DNA of 64,000 bases from Thermoproteota archaeon (lineage in GTDB: Archaea; Korarchaeota; Korarchaeia; Korarchaeales; Korarchaeaceae): contig JAOZGC010000004.1 in the NCBI GenBank assembly GCA_027491915.1, positions 32,001 through 96,000 on the forward strand. The letters are read 5' to 3'. Under the pieces are notes generated by a model, which saw only the letters and a program-made list of their open reading frames with translations, was not told the DNA's origin and ran no database searches. Shown one piece after another: positions 44,637 through 55,044 of the stretch. The translations under genes and the position numbers were made by a program. The stretch's first letter is position 1, and each line of letters opens with the position of its first letter.

Positions 44637-47435
44637 ATGGGAGAGATAGACCTTTCCAAGGCTCTGAACATAGAGTTCCTCAGGGAGAGGGGGTACGTCA
44701 GGAAGAGGTGTCCCTCCTGCGGGGAGCACTTCTGGACCCTCGACCCGGATCGCGAGACGTGCGGGGAATCACCCTGCGAGCCCTACTCCTTCATAGGCCG
44801 CGGGATGGGGAGGAAGGCCGACCTCCCTGAGGTCAGAGAGGGGTTCCTCTCCTTCATGGAGAGGAACGGGCACACCAGGGTGGGCAGGTACCCCGTGGCC
44901 GCCAGGTGGAGGGACGACCTCTTCCTGACCAGCGCCTCCATAGTGGACTTCCAGCCGTACGTGACGGCCGGGCTGGTCCCTCCCCCGGCCAACCCCCTGA
45001 CGATCTCGCAACCCTGCATAAGGTTGAAGGACGTCGACAAGGTCGGGCTGACCATGGGGAGGCACCTCACCATATTCGAGATGATGGCCCACCACGCCTT
45101 CAACCTCCCGGGCAGGGAGATATACTGGAAGGACGGGACCGTCGAGCTCTTCCACAGGTACGCAACCGAGGTGCTGGGCATAGGGGAGGAGGACATAACG
45201 TACAAGGAGGGGATCTGGGTCGGAGGGGGTAACGCGGGGCCCGATCTGGAGCCCATAGTCGGCGGGCTGGAGATAGCCACCCTCGTCTTCATGGAGTACA
45301 GGGACGTGGACGGGCGCTACGAGAGGATGGACGTCCGGGTGGTGGACACGGGATACGGACTTGAGAGGATAACCTGGCTGGTCCAGGGGACTCCCACGGC
45401 ATTCGAGGCGATATACGGCCCGCTGGTCGACAGGTTCCTCTCTGAGTTGGGGGTTGAGAAGCCGGATCGGCGGATACTGGAGGATTACTCGAGGATATCC
45501 TCCCTGATGGCCAGGGTCGAGAAGGGCGCCGCCCTCAGGGAGCTGAGGGAGGCCGCCGCGAGGAGTCTCGGGGTGGAGGCCCCCGCCCTGGAGGACATGC
45601 TGGGTCCCCTCGAGCGGGCCTACGCGATACTAGATCACACCAAGACTGTGACCTTCATGCTGGCCGACGGGATCGTCCCGTCCAACGTCAAGGAGGGTTA
45701 CCTGGCCAGGCTCGTCATAAGGAGGGCCCTCAGATCCGCGGCCGAGATAGGGGCGGAGGTGGATCTCGCCCGCCTGGTAGACATGCAGATCTCCCACTGG
45801 TCCAGGGACTTCCCTGAGATCGCCGAGAAGAGGGATCGAATGCTCGACATGGTCGAGCTGGAGCAGAAAAGATACGAGGAGACCATAGAAAGGGGTAGGG
45901 ACCTCGTCAGGAGGAGGTTGAGGAAGAGGGGGAGGTCTGGGGAGGGGCCGTCCCTCTCCCTAGAGTACCTGATAGAGCTGTACGACTCCCACGGCGTCCC
46001 CCCGGAGGTGGCCGCCGAGGTGGCGGAGTCGGAGGGCGTCGAGGTGGAGATCCCAGACAACTTCTACGAGATAGTGGCGGCCCGCCACGAGGCCCCCGAG
46101 GTGAGGCCCCCCGAGGTTTCCCCCTACGTGGACGAGGTCGAACCGTTCCCGGAGACCGAGCTGCTCTTCTACGAGGACGTCTACAGGACCGAGTTCGACG
46201 CCAAGGTCCTCGGCGTGGTCCGCGGCCGCGGCATCCTGCTCGACAGGACCGCCTTCTACCCGGAGGGAGGGGGGCAGCCCGGCGACGTCGGGATCCTAAG
46301 GGTGGACGGGGAGGACCTCAGGGTATCCAACGTCGAGAAGGTCAAGGGCAGGGTGATCCACTGGGTGGAGGGCGAGGTCCCGGGAGACCCGGTCGGGAGG
46401 GTCGCCCACGGGCTCATAGACTGGCCGAGGAGGCTCTCCCTCATGAGGCACCACACGGGAACCCACATAATCCTAGAGTCGGCCAAGAGGGTTCTCGGCG
46501 ATCACGTGTGGCAGTGGGGCGCCCAGAAGGGGGTCGAGGTAAGCAGGCTGGACATAACCCACTACAAGCCCGTTTCGGACGAGGAGATCCGCGAGATAGA
46601 GGAGTTGGCCAATCGGGTGGTCATGGAGAACAGGCCCGTCATAGCCTCCTGGATGCCCAGGGACCGGGCCGAGGCGAAATACGGCTTCGAGATATACCAG
46701 GGCGGCGTCGTACCCGACCTGATCCTCAGGATAGTGGAGGTGAAGGACTTCAACGTCCAGGCCTGCGCCGGAACCCACGTGACCATGACCGGCGAGGTTG
46801 GACCCATCAAGATATGGCGCGCCAGGAGGATCCAGGACGGGGTGGTGAGGCTGGAGTTCAGCACCGGGATGGCCGCCGTGGGGAGGCTGCTCTCCGTGTT
46901 CGATCAGGCCAAGAGGTCCGCCGAGATCCTGGGCACCGGGACGGACGATCTACTGAGGGCCGTGAAATCTCTCGCGGAGCAGAATAAGATCCTGGTAAAG
47001 GAGGTCAGGAGGCTCTCCAGGAGGGTGGTCGAGGAGGCCGTGTCCTCCTCCGTCAGGGCCGCCCGGGTGGTCGAGGGGATCCGGGCGGCGGCCGTGGAGG
47101 TGGACCTCGGGGACATGGGGGTGCTGACCGAGGCGGCCGAGTCCGCGCGCAGGGAGATCCCAGACATCGCTCTCCTTCTGGTGGGTCCCCGCGGGGGGGA
47201 GAAGGGGAGGCCCGTCGTGATCGCCCTTGGTAGCTCGGCCGTCGCGGCCGGTCTCTCCGCATCCGAGCTCATGTCCGACGTGCTCGCCGGCATCGGCAGG
47301 GGAGGCGGGAGGGAGACGATGGCGCGGGGATCGGTCGGCGTGGACGTCGACGTGGATAAGCTGGAGGTGAGGCTCCTCGAGTCTGTTCGGAGGCGCCTCC
47401 GGTCTACGCGGGCAGGGGCAGAGGCTGAGGATTGA
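44637..47435 (+). CDS. alaS: Alanine--tRNA ligase (archaeal type)
   Basis: ARWRDD, ASIVDFQP, GRHLTIFEM, DTGYGLER, editing-domain HHTGTH and CAGTH. Confidence 0.97.
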   Translation: MGEIDLSKALNIEFLRERGYVRKRCPSCGEHFWTLDPDRETCGESPCEPYSFIGRGMGRKADLPEVREGFLSFMERNGHTRVGRYPVAARWRDDLFLTSASIVDFQPYVTAGLVPPPANPLTISQPCIRLKDVDKVGLTMGRHLTIFEMMAHHAFNLPGREIYWKDGTVELFHRYATEVLGIGEEDITYKEGIWVGGGNAGPDLEPIVGGLEIATLVFMEYRDVDGRYERMDVRVVDTGYGLERITWLVQGTPTAFEAIYGPLVDRFLSELGVEKPDRRILEDYSRISSLMARVEKGAALRELREAAARSLGVEAPALEDMLGPLERAYAILDHTKTVTFMLADGIVPSNVKEGYLARLVIRRALRSAAEIGAEVDLARLVDMQISHWSRDFPEIAEKRDRMLDMVELEQKRYEETIERGRDLVRRRLRKRGRSGEGPSLSLEYLIELYDSHGVPPEVAAEVAESEGVEVEIPDNFYEIVAARHEAPEVRPPEVSPYVDEVEPFPETELLFYEDVYRTEFDAKVLGVVRGRGILLDRTAFYPEGGGQPGDVGILRVDGEDLRVSNVEKVKGRVIHWVEGEVPGDPVGRVAHGLIDWPRRLSLMRHHTGTHIILESAKRVLGDHVWQWGAQKGVEVSRLDITHYKPVSDEEIREIEELANRVVMENRPVIASWMPRDRAEAKYGFEIYQGGVVPDLILRIVEVKDFNVQACAGTHVTMTGEVGPIKIWRARRIQDGVVRLEFSTGMAAVGRLLSVFDQAKRSAEILGTGTDDLLRAVKSLAEQNKILVKEVRRLSRRVVEEAVSSSVRAARVVEGIRAAAVEVDLGDMGVLTEAAESARREIPDIALLLVGPRGGEKGRPVVIALGSSAVAAGLSASELMSDVLAGIGRGGGRETMARGSVGVDVDVDKLEVRLLESVRRRLRSTRAGAEAED

Positions 47436-47439
47436 GCTC

Positions 47440-48072
47440 GTGGAGAGGGCGGCCTCGGACCTCCTCCTGATGGAGGCCATGGGCCTACAGAGGGAGGGGA
47501 GCCTGGACCTGGTCGGCCGAAAGTACGGGCTGAGCAGGCCCGAGCGGGCGGCCCTGGCGAAGCTGGTGCGGTGGAATCCGGGGGAGGCCGCCAGGAAGAA
47601 GATCCCCCCCGAGATGGCGGCTGGCAGGAGGGTCGGGGTGGACGGCTTCAACGTCCTGATAACCCTCGAGGCCATAGTCCGGGGGGAGCCCGTGTACCTA
47701 TGCAACGACTCGTTCGTCAGGGACCTGACCTCCTTCAGGAGGGCTAGCCCGAAATCTGAGATCTCGGACGAGGCCGTCGACCTGCTGCTGTCCACGCTCG
47801 GGCGCCTCGGGGCCTCGGAGGTTGTGGTGCTCCTGGACAGTCCCGTCTCGAGGAGCGGGGAGATGGCCGCCGAGTTGAGGCGCAGGATGTCGGACTCTGG
47901 GTTGAGGGGGACGGCCAAGACGTCCCGCTCCGTCGACGCCGATATACTGGGTTACGGAGTCGTCGCCACCAGCGACGAGGCGATAATCTCCAGGGCGGCT
48001 GCGGTGGTCGACCTGCCCGAGGTCGCGTGCGGCGAGTTGGGTGTGCGCCCGAGGAGGGTGGGCTCCTTATAG
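47440..48072 (+). CDS. DUF434-family (PIN/NYN-like) protein
   Basis: VDGFNVLIT, D.FVRDL, LDSPVSRSG, VATSD motifs. Confidence 0.75.
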   Translation: MERAASDLLLMEAMGLQREGSLDLVGRKYGLSRPERAALAKLVRWNPGEAARKKIPPEMAAGRRVGVDGFNVLITLEAIVRGEPVYLCNDSFVRDLTSFRRASPKSEISDEAVDLLLSTLGRLGASEVVVLLDSPVSRSGEMAAELRRRMSDSGLRGTAKTSRSVDADILGYGVVATSDEAIISRAAAVVDLPEVACGELGVRPRRVGSL

Positions 48073-48094
48073 GGTAGGGGGCCCCGTCGGCTCG

Positions 48095-49174
48095 ATGGAT
48101 CCGAGAGGCAACCCAGGACGGGGTTCGGATCGGATCGACATACCCCTGCCGAGGACCGTCGGCATGTCCGAGGGGAAGGTCGTGATGATAGATCAGAGGA
48201 AGCTCCCGGCCAGTCTGGAGTTCCTGGAGTGCGCCGACGTGGAGTGCGTCGCCAGGGCCATAGAGACCATGGCCGTGAGGGGGGCGCCGGCCATAGGGGC
48301 GGCTGCCGCCTACGGCCTGGCGCTGGCCGCCTCAGCCGCGGGCGGTGGGTCCAGGGAGGAGGTGCTCGAGGAACTTTCCAGGGCGGCCGATAGACTCAGA
48401 TCGACCAGGCCGACGGCCGTCAATCTCTTCTGGGCCGTAGACCGGGTTCTGCGCGCCGCGCGTCGGGTTGAGGACGCCGGCGCGATCGCGTCCGCGGTCC
48501 TCAGGGAGGCGAACGCGATAGCCGAGGAGGACGTGAGGGCCAACCTGGCCATAGGGGAGCACGGCAAGTCCCTCATAGGGGACGGCTCCGTCGTGATGAC
48601 CATCTGCAACGCGGGCAGCCTGGCCACGGTCTGGTACGGGACGGCCACGGCGCCCATGTACAGCGCACACCGGGAGGGGAGGAAATTCAGGGTCGTGGCT
48701 CTGGAGACCAGGCCCGTCCTGCAGGGCGCCCGCCTGACGGCCTTCGAGCTGAGCCGCGCCGGGATCCCCGTCACCCTGATAGTGGACGGGGCCGCCGGCC
48801 ACGTGATGAGGGAGCTGGGGGTGGACCTGGTGATAACCGGGGCCGACAGGATCCTCTCCGACGGCACGGTGTACAACAAGATAGGAACCTTCAACCTGGC
48901 CGTCCTGGCCCACGAACTGGGCATCCCGTTCTTCGTGGCCGCGCCGACCTCATCCTTCGACCTGGAGGCCGAACCCGGGGAGGTCGAGATAGAGGTCAGG
49001 CCCCCGGAGGAGGTGACCACCCTGGGCGGCTCCAAGATAGCCCCGCGGGGCGTAGACGTCTACAACCCCGCCTTCGACTTCACCCCGCCCAAGTACCTGT
49101 CGGGCATAATCACCGAGAGGGGGATCCTGCGACCGCCCCTCTCCCTCTCCATACGGAGGGCCTTCGGAGGATGA
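48095..49174 (+). CDS. mtnA: S-methyl-5-thioribose-1-phosphate isomerase (eIF2B-alpha-like family)
   Basis: IDQRKLP, VRGAPAIG, TRPTAVNL, CNAGSLAT, ETRPVLQGARLT, NKIGT, NPAFD. Confidence 0.92.
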   Translation: MDPRGNPGRGSDRIDIPLPRTVGMSEGKVVMIDQRKLPASLEFLECADVECVARAIETMAVRGAPAIGAAAAYGLALAASAAGGGSREEVLEELSRAADRLRSTRPTAVNLFWAVDRVLRAARRVEDAGAIASAVLREANAIAEEDVRANLAIGEHGKSLIGDGSVVMTICNAGSLATVWYGTATAPMYSAHREGRKFRVVALETRPVLQGARLTAFELSRAGIPVTLIVDGAAGHVMRELGVDLVITGADRILSDGTVYNKIGTFNLAVLAHELGIPFFVAAPTSSFDLEAEPGEVEIEVRPPEEVTTLGGSKIAPRGVDVYNPAFDFTPPKYLSGIITERGILRPPLSLSIRRAFGG

Positions 49175-50240
49175 GCATCCCGGGCAGCTCCCAGAGATCG
49201 CCCACCCTGGGAACCCCGGGGACGCGCCCGGCGGACCGGCCCCTGTCCACCAGGATGGGCCTCACCCCGGCGGAGAGCGCCGGCAGGACGTCCTGATCCG
49301 GCGAGTCTCCCACCATCACGGCATTGTGGGGGGCCAGCCCGAGGAGATCCAGGGCGGCCTCGTAGCACCCCGCCTCGTCCTTGTTCCTGCCGACGTCTCC
49401 CGAGAAGACCAGGCCGTCGAAGTCCCCCGGGTCCAACCCGGCGGCCCTCATCTTGGAGAGCTGGATCCTCCTGGCCCCGTCGGACAGGATGCAGACCCTG
49501 AAGCCGGCTCGCCTCAGGTCGTGGACGACCCCCGCATCCGGATAGGATGAGATCCTCGAGAGGACCTGCCCCCAATACTCCCGCTCGAGCATCGCCGCCC
49601 TCTCCGGAGGCAGCCCCATCTCGAGGAAGACCCCCAATTTGGAGAACCTGTCCGGCCCTGACCTGGTCCGGTATACCCTGTCCCGGGCCTCCCTGTACCT
49701 CGACGAGAAAAACCCGGGATCGACCCCCTCGCTGCCCGCGACGGCCCTGATCGCCTCCTCCCTGACCTCGGGGTAGTCGGTGAGGGTTCCGTCGAGATCC
49801 ATCAGGACGGCCTCCGCGGCCTCCAGGTACCTGGGATCCAATCCGACGCCCGATACGGCCCGCTCGGCCGAGGATCTGGCCTCTCTCAGGTCCTCCCCCA
49901 GGTATCTGAGGTGGCTCCCCCTCGGGGAGTCGCTGGCCCCGAACCCTGGGACCTCCTCCCCGGGGACCAGGTCGTAGACCTCGTCCTCCAGCCGCTCGTT
50001 CGTCAACCCGTAGACCGCCGTCATGGGGACGATCCGCGGGGAGGAAGTCAGGTAGTCTATGTGCCACCTTATCCTCCCCGGCCCGGTGAGGTGCCTCCTG
50101 ACCCTGGAGAGCACTCCCCCCAGGGCCGATCCGACGTAGCAGTAATAACCCCTCTTGAGGCGGATCCGGCCGAGGGAGCCGACCCCAATCTCCCCCTCCC
50201 CGAGGGAGAGGAGGAGGAGGCAGTAGACGCCGCCCTCCAC
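49110..50240 (-). CDS. DUF123 (GIY-YIG/Uri endonuclease-like) domain fused to a HAD hydrolase
   Basis: GVY..GYYCYVGSA..RVRRH..WHIDYL..GFGASD..SHL, then DLDGTL..SDG..K..VGDSPDQD. Confidence 0.8.
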   Translation of the reverse strand: MEGGVYCLLLLSLGEGEIGVGSLGRIRLKRGYYCYVGSALGGVLSRVRRHLTGPGRIRWHIDYLTSSPRIVPMTAVYGLTNERLEDEVYDLVPGEEVPGFGASDSPRGSHLRYLGEDLREARSSAERAVSGVGLDPRYLEAAEAVLMDLDGTLTDYPEVREEAIRAVAGSEGVDPGFFSSRYREARDRVYRTRSGPDRFSKLGVFLEMGLPPERAAMLEREYWGQVLSRISSYPDAGVVHDLRRAGFRVCILSDGARRIQLSKMRAAGLDPGDFDGLVFSGDVGRNKDEAGCYEAALDLLGLAPHNAVMVGDSPDQDVLPALSAGVRPILVDRGRSAGRVPGVPRVGDLWELPGMLILRRPSVWRGRGAVAGSPSR

Positions 50241-50241
50241 C

Positions 50242-51237
50242 TCAGAACCCCGGGGGCCTCACCCTCAGGACTTCCCTGTTAACGAGGGTCGGCGGCTCCC
50301 TGCCCTCCAGGAAGGCTATCAGATTGTCGGCCACTATCTCGGCCATCTTCGACCTGGTCTCCAGGCTCGCGCTCGCCGCGTGGGGCGCGAGGACGACGTT
50401 GGGCAGACTCAGGAGCGGGTCGTCCGCCGGTATGGGCTCCCGCTCGAACACGTCCAGGGCGGCCCCGGCGATCCACCCCTCCTTCAGGGCCCTGTAGAGG
50501 GCCTTCTGGTCGACCACCCTACCCCTGGCCGTGTTGATCAGGTAGGCGGTCGGCTTCATGAGCCTCAACTTCTCCTCGTCTATGAGGTGCTCGGTCTCCG
50601 GGGTCAGCGGGGTGTGGAGGCTAACGAAGTCGGACTCCCTCAGGAGGTCGTCGAGCTCCCTATACTCGTATCCCCTCTCCCTCTCAAGGTCCTCGTCCCT
50701 GCGGACGTCGTAGTACAGGATCTTCATGCCGAACCCCTCCGCCCTCCTGGCCACCGCCCTCCCTATCCTGCCGAGCCCCACGATCCCGAGGGTGGCCCCG
50801 TGGACGTCCCTACCTATCATCATCAGGGGGTGCCACCCCACCTTCCAGTTCCCCTCCCTGACGTACCGATCTGCCTCGACGACCCTCCTCGCCACCGCCA
50901 GCATCAGCGCGAAGGCGAAGTCGGCCACGGTCTCGGTTAGGACCCCGGGCGTGTTGGTCACGTAGATCCCCCTCTTGGTGGCCTCTCCCACGTCTATGTT
51001 GTCGTAGCCCACCGCGTACTGGGAGATTATCCTGAGCCTGGGCGCCGATTCCATGACCTCGGCGTCTATGGGATCGGTGAGCAGCGGAACCAGGGCGTCG
51101 ACGTCCCTGACCCTCTCCAGTATGACCTCCTTGGGTGGGGGGGCCTCCTCTGTCCACAGATCGACGTCGAAACGCTCCCTTATCCTGCTCAGACCCCTCT
51201 CGGGTATCTCCCTCGTGATGAAGACTTTGGGCCTCAA
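50242..51237 (-). CDS. gyaR: Glyoxylate reductase (D-2-hydroxyacid dehydrogenase)
   Basis: [43 protein letters not shown]. Confidence 0.93.
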   Translation of the reverse strand: MRPKVFITREIPERGLSRIRERFDVDLWTEEAPPPKEVILERVRDVDALVPLLTDPIDAEVMESAPRLRIISQYAVGYDNIDVGEATKRGIYVTNTPGVLTETVADFAFALMLAVARRVVEADRYVREGNWKVGWHPLMMIGRDVHGATLGIVGLGRIGRAVARRAEGFGMKILYYDVRRDEDLERERGYEYRELDDLLRESDFVSLHTPLTPETEHLIDEEKLRLMKPTAYLINTARGRVVDQKALYRALKEGWIAGAALDVFEREPIPADDPLLSLPNVVLAPHAASASLETRSKMAEIVADNLIAFLEGREPPTLVNREVLRVRPPGF

Positions 51238-51286
51238 GGTGTCACCCGATCGAGCCGGGCTCGTCCGCTTTAAACGGTTCCCGCCC

Positions 51287-51934
51287 TCACCTGAACACGA
51301 ACCCCTTCCTCATGTACCACAGGTAGAGGTCCGCCTCGGCCATGCTCATGCCGGCGGCCTCGACCACGCCCCTCAGGGCCCCTTCCAGCTCCAGGTACCT
51401 CCTCCTGGTCAGGGACCTGGGTCTCCTCGCCACCCCGTACTCCTCCATCAGGGATAGCACGTGCCTGTCCAGTATGGCCAGATCCCTCCTGCCGACGTTC
51501 CTGAGGAAGTGACTAGCCTCCTTCATTCCAATCCCCCTTATCTCCCTCCTCAGAACGTCCCTGGCCTCTCCGGACGGCAGCCGGGGGATCACCCTTCTGA
51601 CCCACCCTATCCTCTCCCTGGCCCCGACGATGAAACCGGCCCGGGCCGCCGGGAACCTGTGCCCGGCCCTCCTGAGGAACGCCTCTATCTCCCCCTCTTC
51701 CCCCTCCCACAGGAGGGAACTCTCGTCCAGCCCCACGGCCATCTCGTAGGCCGCTACACCGGAGAAGTTGGCCGCCAGCAGGCAGAAGGCCAGCTCCCTC
51801 ATCCAGGCCCGTTCGCCCGATCTCCCTATCCTCTCAAATTCCCTCAGCCTCTCCTCCACCCTCTCGGCGACGCTGGTCCCCCTAAGCCTGATGAGCTCCC
51901 TCACCAGGTCTACCGCCGACGGCACGATCTCCAT
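51287..51934 (-). CDS. ogg: 8-oxoguanine DNA glycosylase/AP lyase
   Basis: [16 protein letters not shown], Hh[28 protein letters not shown]. Confidence 0.92.
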   Translation of the reverse strand: MEIVPSAVDLVRELIRLRGTSVAERVEERLREFERIGRSGERAWMRELAFCLLAANFSGVAAYEMAVGLDESSLLWEGEEGEIEAFLRRAGHRFPAARAGFIVGARERIGWVRRVIPRLPSGEARDVLRREIRGIGMKEASHFLRNVGRRDLAILDRHVLSLMEEYGVARRPRSLTRRRYLELEGALRGVVEAAGMSMAEADLYLWYMRKGFVFR

Positions 51935-51986
51935 CCGCCGGGGGAACTCCTTAATTAGGGCAGCCCCGGCGGACTACTTGAGGGGA

Positions 51987-53036
51987 ATGCCGAAGAAGAA
52001 GGTTGAGGATACCCACGAGGAGGAGGTCCCCGAGGGCTCGGGGGAGGTCCCGGCGGATCTCCTGGAATCGGTGGAGGAGGTGTTCGTCGAGGGCGGGGAG
52101 GGGGTGGACCTCACCGTTTTGGAGGGGGTCGGCCCCACGACCGCCAAGAAGCTCACCGACGCGGGATTCCTGACCCTGGAGTCGATAGCCCTGTCCAGTC
52201 CGGTGGAGCTCTCCGTGGCGTCGGGGGTCCCGGAGTCGACGGCCAAGAAGATAATAGCGGCCGCCAGGAAGAGGCTGAAGATAGACGTCATGACCGCTCT
52301 GGAGTACTACCAGCAGAGGAAGTCCGTCCAGAGGATCACCACCGGCAGCAGGGGGCTGGACGACCTCCTGGGAGGGGGTCTGGAGACCCAGGCCATAACC
52401 GAGATATACGGACCCTATGGATCGGGGAAGACCCAACTGTGCCACCAGATAGCCGTAACCGTTCAGCTCCCGCCTGAGAGGGGCGGCCTGGGCAAGGGGG
52501 CTTTCTACATAGATACGGAGGGGACCTTCCGCCCCGAGAGAATAGTTCAGATAGCGGAGAGATTCGGCCTGGACCCGGAGAGCGCGCTAAAGAACATACT
52601 GGTGGCCAGGGCCTACACGAGCGACCATCAGATGGTCGTCACCGAGAAGGCCGAGCCCTACCTGGCCGGGCGCAACGTCGGCCTGGTGATAGTGGACTCC
52701 CTGATAAGCCACTTCAGGGGGGAGTACACCGGCAGGGAGACCCTGGCCGAGAGGCAGCAGAAGCTCAACAGGTACATACACAGGCTCCTGAGGTACGCCA
52801 TGGCCTACAACCTGGCGGTCCTGGTCACTAACCAGGTGGTCTCCGAGGTGGGCTTCGTATGGGGCGACCCGACCAAGCCGGCCGGCGGGCACGTAATAGG
52901 GCACGGGGTCACCGCCAGGCTCTACATAAAGAGGGGGAAGGCCGGCAGGAGGGTGATAAAACTCGTCAAGAGCCCCTACCTCCCGGAGGATCAGGTTGAG
53001 GTCGCGATAACGGAGGGGGGGGTCGTCGACGTCTGA
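51987..53036 (+). CDS. radA: DNA repair and recombination protein RadA
   Basis: N-terminal HhH, GPYGSGKTQ, IVDSLISHFR, LAERQQKL, TNQV. Confidence 0.96.
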   Translation: MPKKKVEDTHEEEVPEGSGEVPADLLESVEEVFVEGGEGVDLTVLEGVGPTTAKKLTDAGFLTLESIALSSPVELSVASGVPESTAKKIIAAARKRLKIDVMTALEYYQQRKSVQRITTGSRGLDDLLGGGLETQAITEIYGPYGSGKTQLCHQIAVTVQLPPERGGLGKGAFYIDTEGTFRPERIVQIAERFGLDPESALKNILVARAYTSDHQMVVTEKAEPYLAGRNVGLVIVDSLISHFRGEYTGRETLAERQQKLNRYIHRLLRYAMAYNLAVLVTNQVVSEVGFVWGDPTKPAGGHVIGHGVTARLYIKRGKAGRRVIKLVKSPYLPEDQVEVAITEGGVVDV

Positions 53037-53055
53037 GGGATCTCGGGCGGGCGGC

Positions 53056-53265
53056 CTGATCCGGGTGTCCGTCGGCGGCGAGACTCTCCTCCTCGGTCGT
53101 GGGTCCACCGCCCGCTCCCTCTACGCCAAGCTGAACCTGCATCCAGAGGCATACCTGCTGATATCGGGGGGATCCCCCGTGCCGGACGGGGCATCCCTCG
53201 AGGACGGAGACGAGGTCTCCGTGCTCCGCGTGACCTATCACGTGTCCCCGGTAGATGGGAGATGA
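53056..53265 (+). CDS. Ubiquitin-like (ThiS/MoaD/SAMP-fold) protein lacking C-terminal GG
   Basis: T..L..L.L.PE....G.PVP....LEDGDEV beta-grasp pattern; ends VSPVDGR; start at CTG 53056 or GTG 53065. Confidence 0.7.
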   Translation: MIRVSVGGETLLLGRGSTARSLYAKLNLHPEAYLLISGGSPVPDGASLEDGDEVSVLRVTYHVSPVDGR

Positions 53266-54227
53266 GGTTCCCAACATGCCACTCGTGCGGGGAGAGGCCC
53301 GCGGCGATAACCCTCAGGGACCTCGGGGCCGAGTACTGCGCCGCCTGCCTCGAGAGGTCCGTCCTCCGCAGGGCGAGGTCGTCGGTGGCCGACCTGCTCT
53401 CTGAGGGGGATCGGGTGGTGGTGGCCCTCTCGGGGGGGAAGGACAGCTCCGTGGCCCTCTACGTCCTGAGCCGGATGGCGAGGGAGGGGGGCATGGACGT
53501 CGACCTCGCTGCGCTCACGGTCGACGAGGGGACTCCCTACAGGAGGGGGGCCATCCGGGCGGCCTCCGAACTCGCGGCCATGCTGGGGGTCCCCCACAGG
53601 GTGGTGAGCCTGAAGGACTATCACGGGATCTCCATAGGAGAGCTGGAGGGATCCCTTCCCCCGGGACACAGGAGGTCTCCCTGCACCTACTGCGGGGTCC
53701 TCAGGAGGCAGACCCTGAACGTGGCCGCCAGGGAGATGGGGGCCGACTGGCTTGCCACCGGGCACAACCTGGACGACCTGGTTCAGACCTACGTGATGAA
53801 CCTGATAAGGGGGGACGTGAACGCCATGGGCAAGCTGATCTCCGGGGTCAGGTCCCCGTCCGAGGCGCTGATCCCCAGGATCCGTCCCCTGGAACTCGTC
53901 TACGAGAGAGAAACCGCGGCCCTGTCGGTCGCGCTCGGGCTGCCGGCCCAGCTCGGAAAGTGCCCCATGACGAGGGGGCTGAGGATACCCGTGAGGAGGG
54001 CCCTGGACGACGTCGAGCTCTCGAACCCCGGGTTCAAGAGATCCCTATACGAGGGACTCACCGAGCTGCTCCGGCGCAGGAGGACAGATATTCTCTCCCA
54101 CATAGAGGTGAGGCCGTGCGAGATCTGCGGGGAACCGACCACGGGGACCGTGTGCAAGGCCTGCGAGCTGAAGGGAGAGCTGGAGTCCATCCTGGGGAGG
54201 AGACTCCCCAGACTCCACAGCGCCTAG
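53262..54227 (+). CDS. tRNA 2-thiouridine synthetase (NcsA/TtuA/Ncs6 family)
   Basis: PP-loop SGGKDS, PCTYCGVLRR, TGHNLDD, KCP, N- and C-terminal Zn fingers. Confidence 0.9.
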   Translation: MRFPTCHSCGERPAAITLRDLGAEYCAACLERSVLRRARSSVADLLSEGDRVVVALSGGKDSSVALYVLSRMAREGGMDVDLAALTVDEGTPYRRGAIRAASELAAMLGVPHRVVSLKDYHGISIGELEGSLPPGHRRSPCTYCGVLRRQTLNVAAREMGADWLATGHNLDDLVQTYVMNLIRGDVNAMGKLISGVRSPSEALIPRIRPLELVYERETAALSVALGLPAQLGKCPMTRGLRIPVRRALDDVELSNPGFKRSLYEGLTELLRRRRTDILSHIEVRPCEICGEPTTGTVCKACELKGELESILGRRLPRLHSA

Positions 54228-54264
54228 ATTAAAACCCCCCAGGCCTCAGGCTGGTGGGAGTCCC

Positions 54265-55038
54265 TTGGGCTGGATGAGGATCAGGAGGTTGGCCGAGGTA
54301 GACGGCGGACATAGGTACGCCATCGCCGGATTCGCCGGAGTAGCCAACGTCGGCGAGCAGACCGTGTCCCATGTGAGAAGCTCCCTCGGGGGGAGGCCCG
54401 TGGTCGAGATATACTCGGAGTACCTCCTCCTGCCGGGGAACATGGCCGGGATATCCGTCTCGGAGGACGGGAGCTTCGAGCTCCCATCCATACGAATATC
54501 CGAGGCCGAAGCCCCCTCGGGAAAGATCCTGCTGGTCTCCTCCCCGGTTCAACCCCTTCCCTGGGGCCAGATGGAGGTGGCCGACGCCGTCGTGGGAGAG
54601 CTCAGGGCCATGGGATGCGAGACCCTGATAGTGGTGACCGGGTTCGCGGAGGAGGAGATGTCCGGCAGCGTCCTCGTCTTCGGAGGCGACAGGGAGACCG
54701 TGGACCTGCTCGTCGGGGCCGGCGCCAGGGAGGTGGAGCCCATGAGGTCGATAGTCGGCCTGGCCGGGGCCCTGCTCGCGACCGCCAAGATAGAGGGGAT
54801 GAGATTCGTCTCGGTCACCGGCGTGGCCGAGGCCGTGTCCACCGATCCGAGGGCCGCCAGGGAGGTCCTCAGGGTGCTGTCCTCCGGGCTCAACCTGAAC
54901 CTGGATCTCTCCAAGGTTGAGAGGGAGGTCGAGGAGTACGAGGAGCTGAAGAGGAGGGTGCTGTCCGAGCTCGAGCGGCAGCTCCAGGCCCTCGGGGAGG
55001 AGGGGAGGCCTCCCATAGAGTCGGACTACGTGGGGTGA
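54265..55038 (+). CDS. PAC2-family proteasome assembly chaperone
   Basis: GFAGVANVG, IVGLAGAL, DPRAA motifs; C-terminal YVG. Confidence 0.8.
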   Translation: MGWMRIRRLAEVDGGHRYAIAGFAGVANVGEQTVSHVRSSLGGRPVVEIYSEYLLLPGNMAGISVSEDGSFELPSIRISEAEAPSGKILLVSSPVQPLPWGQMEVADAVVGELRAMGCETLIVVTGFAEEEMSGSVLVFGGDRETVDLLVGAGAREVEPMRSIVGLAGALLATAKIEGMRFVSVTGVAEAVSTDPRAAREVLRVLSSGLNLNLDLSKVEREVEEYEELKRRVLSELERQLQALGEEGRPPIESDYVG

Positions 55039-55044
55039 GCCACC

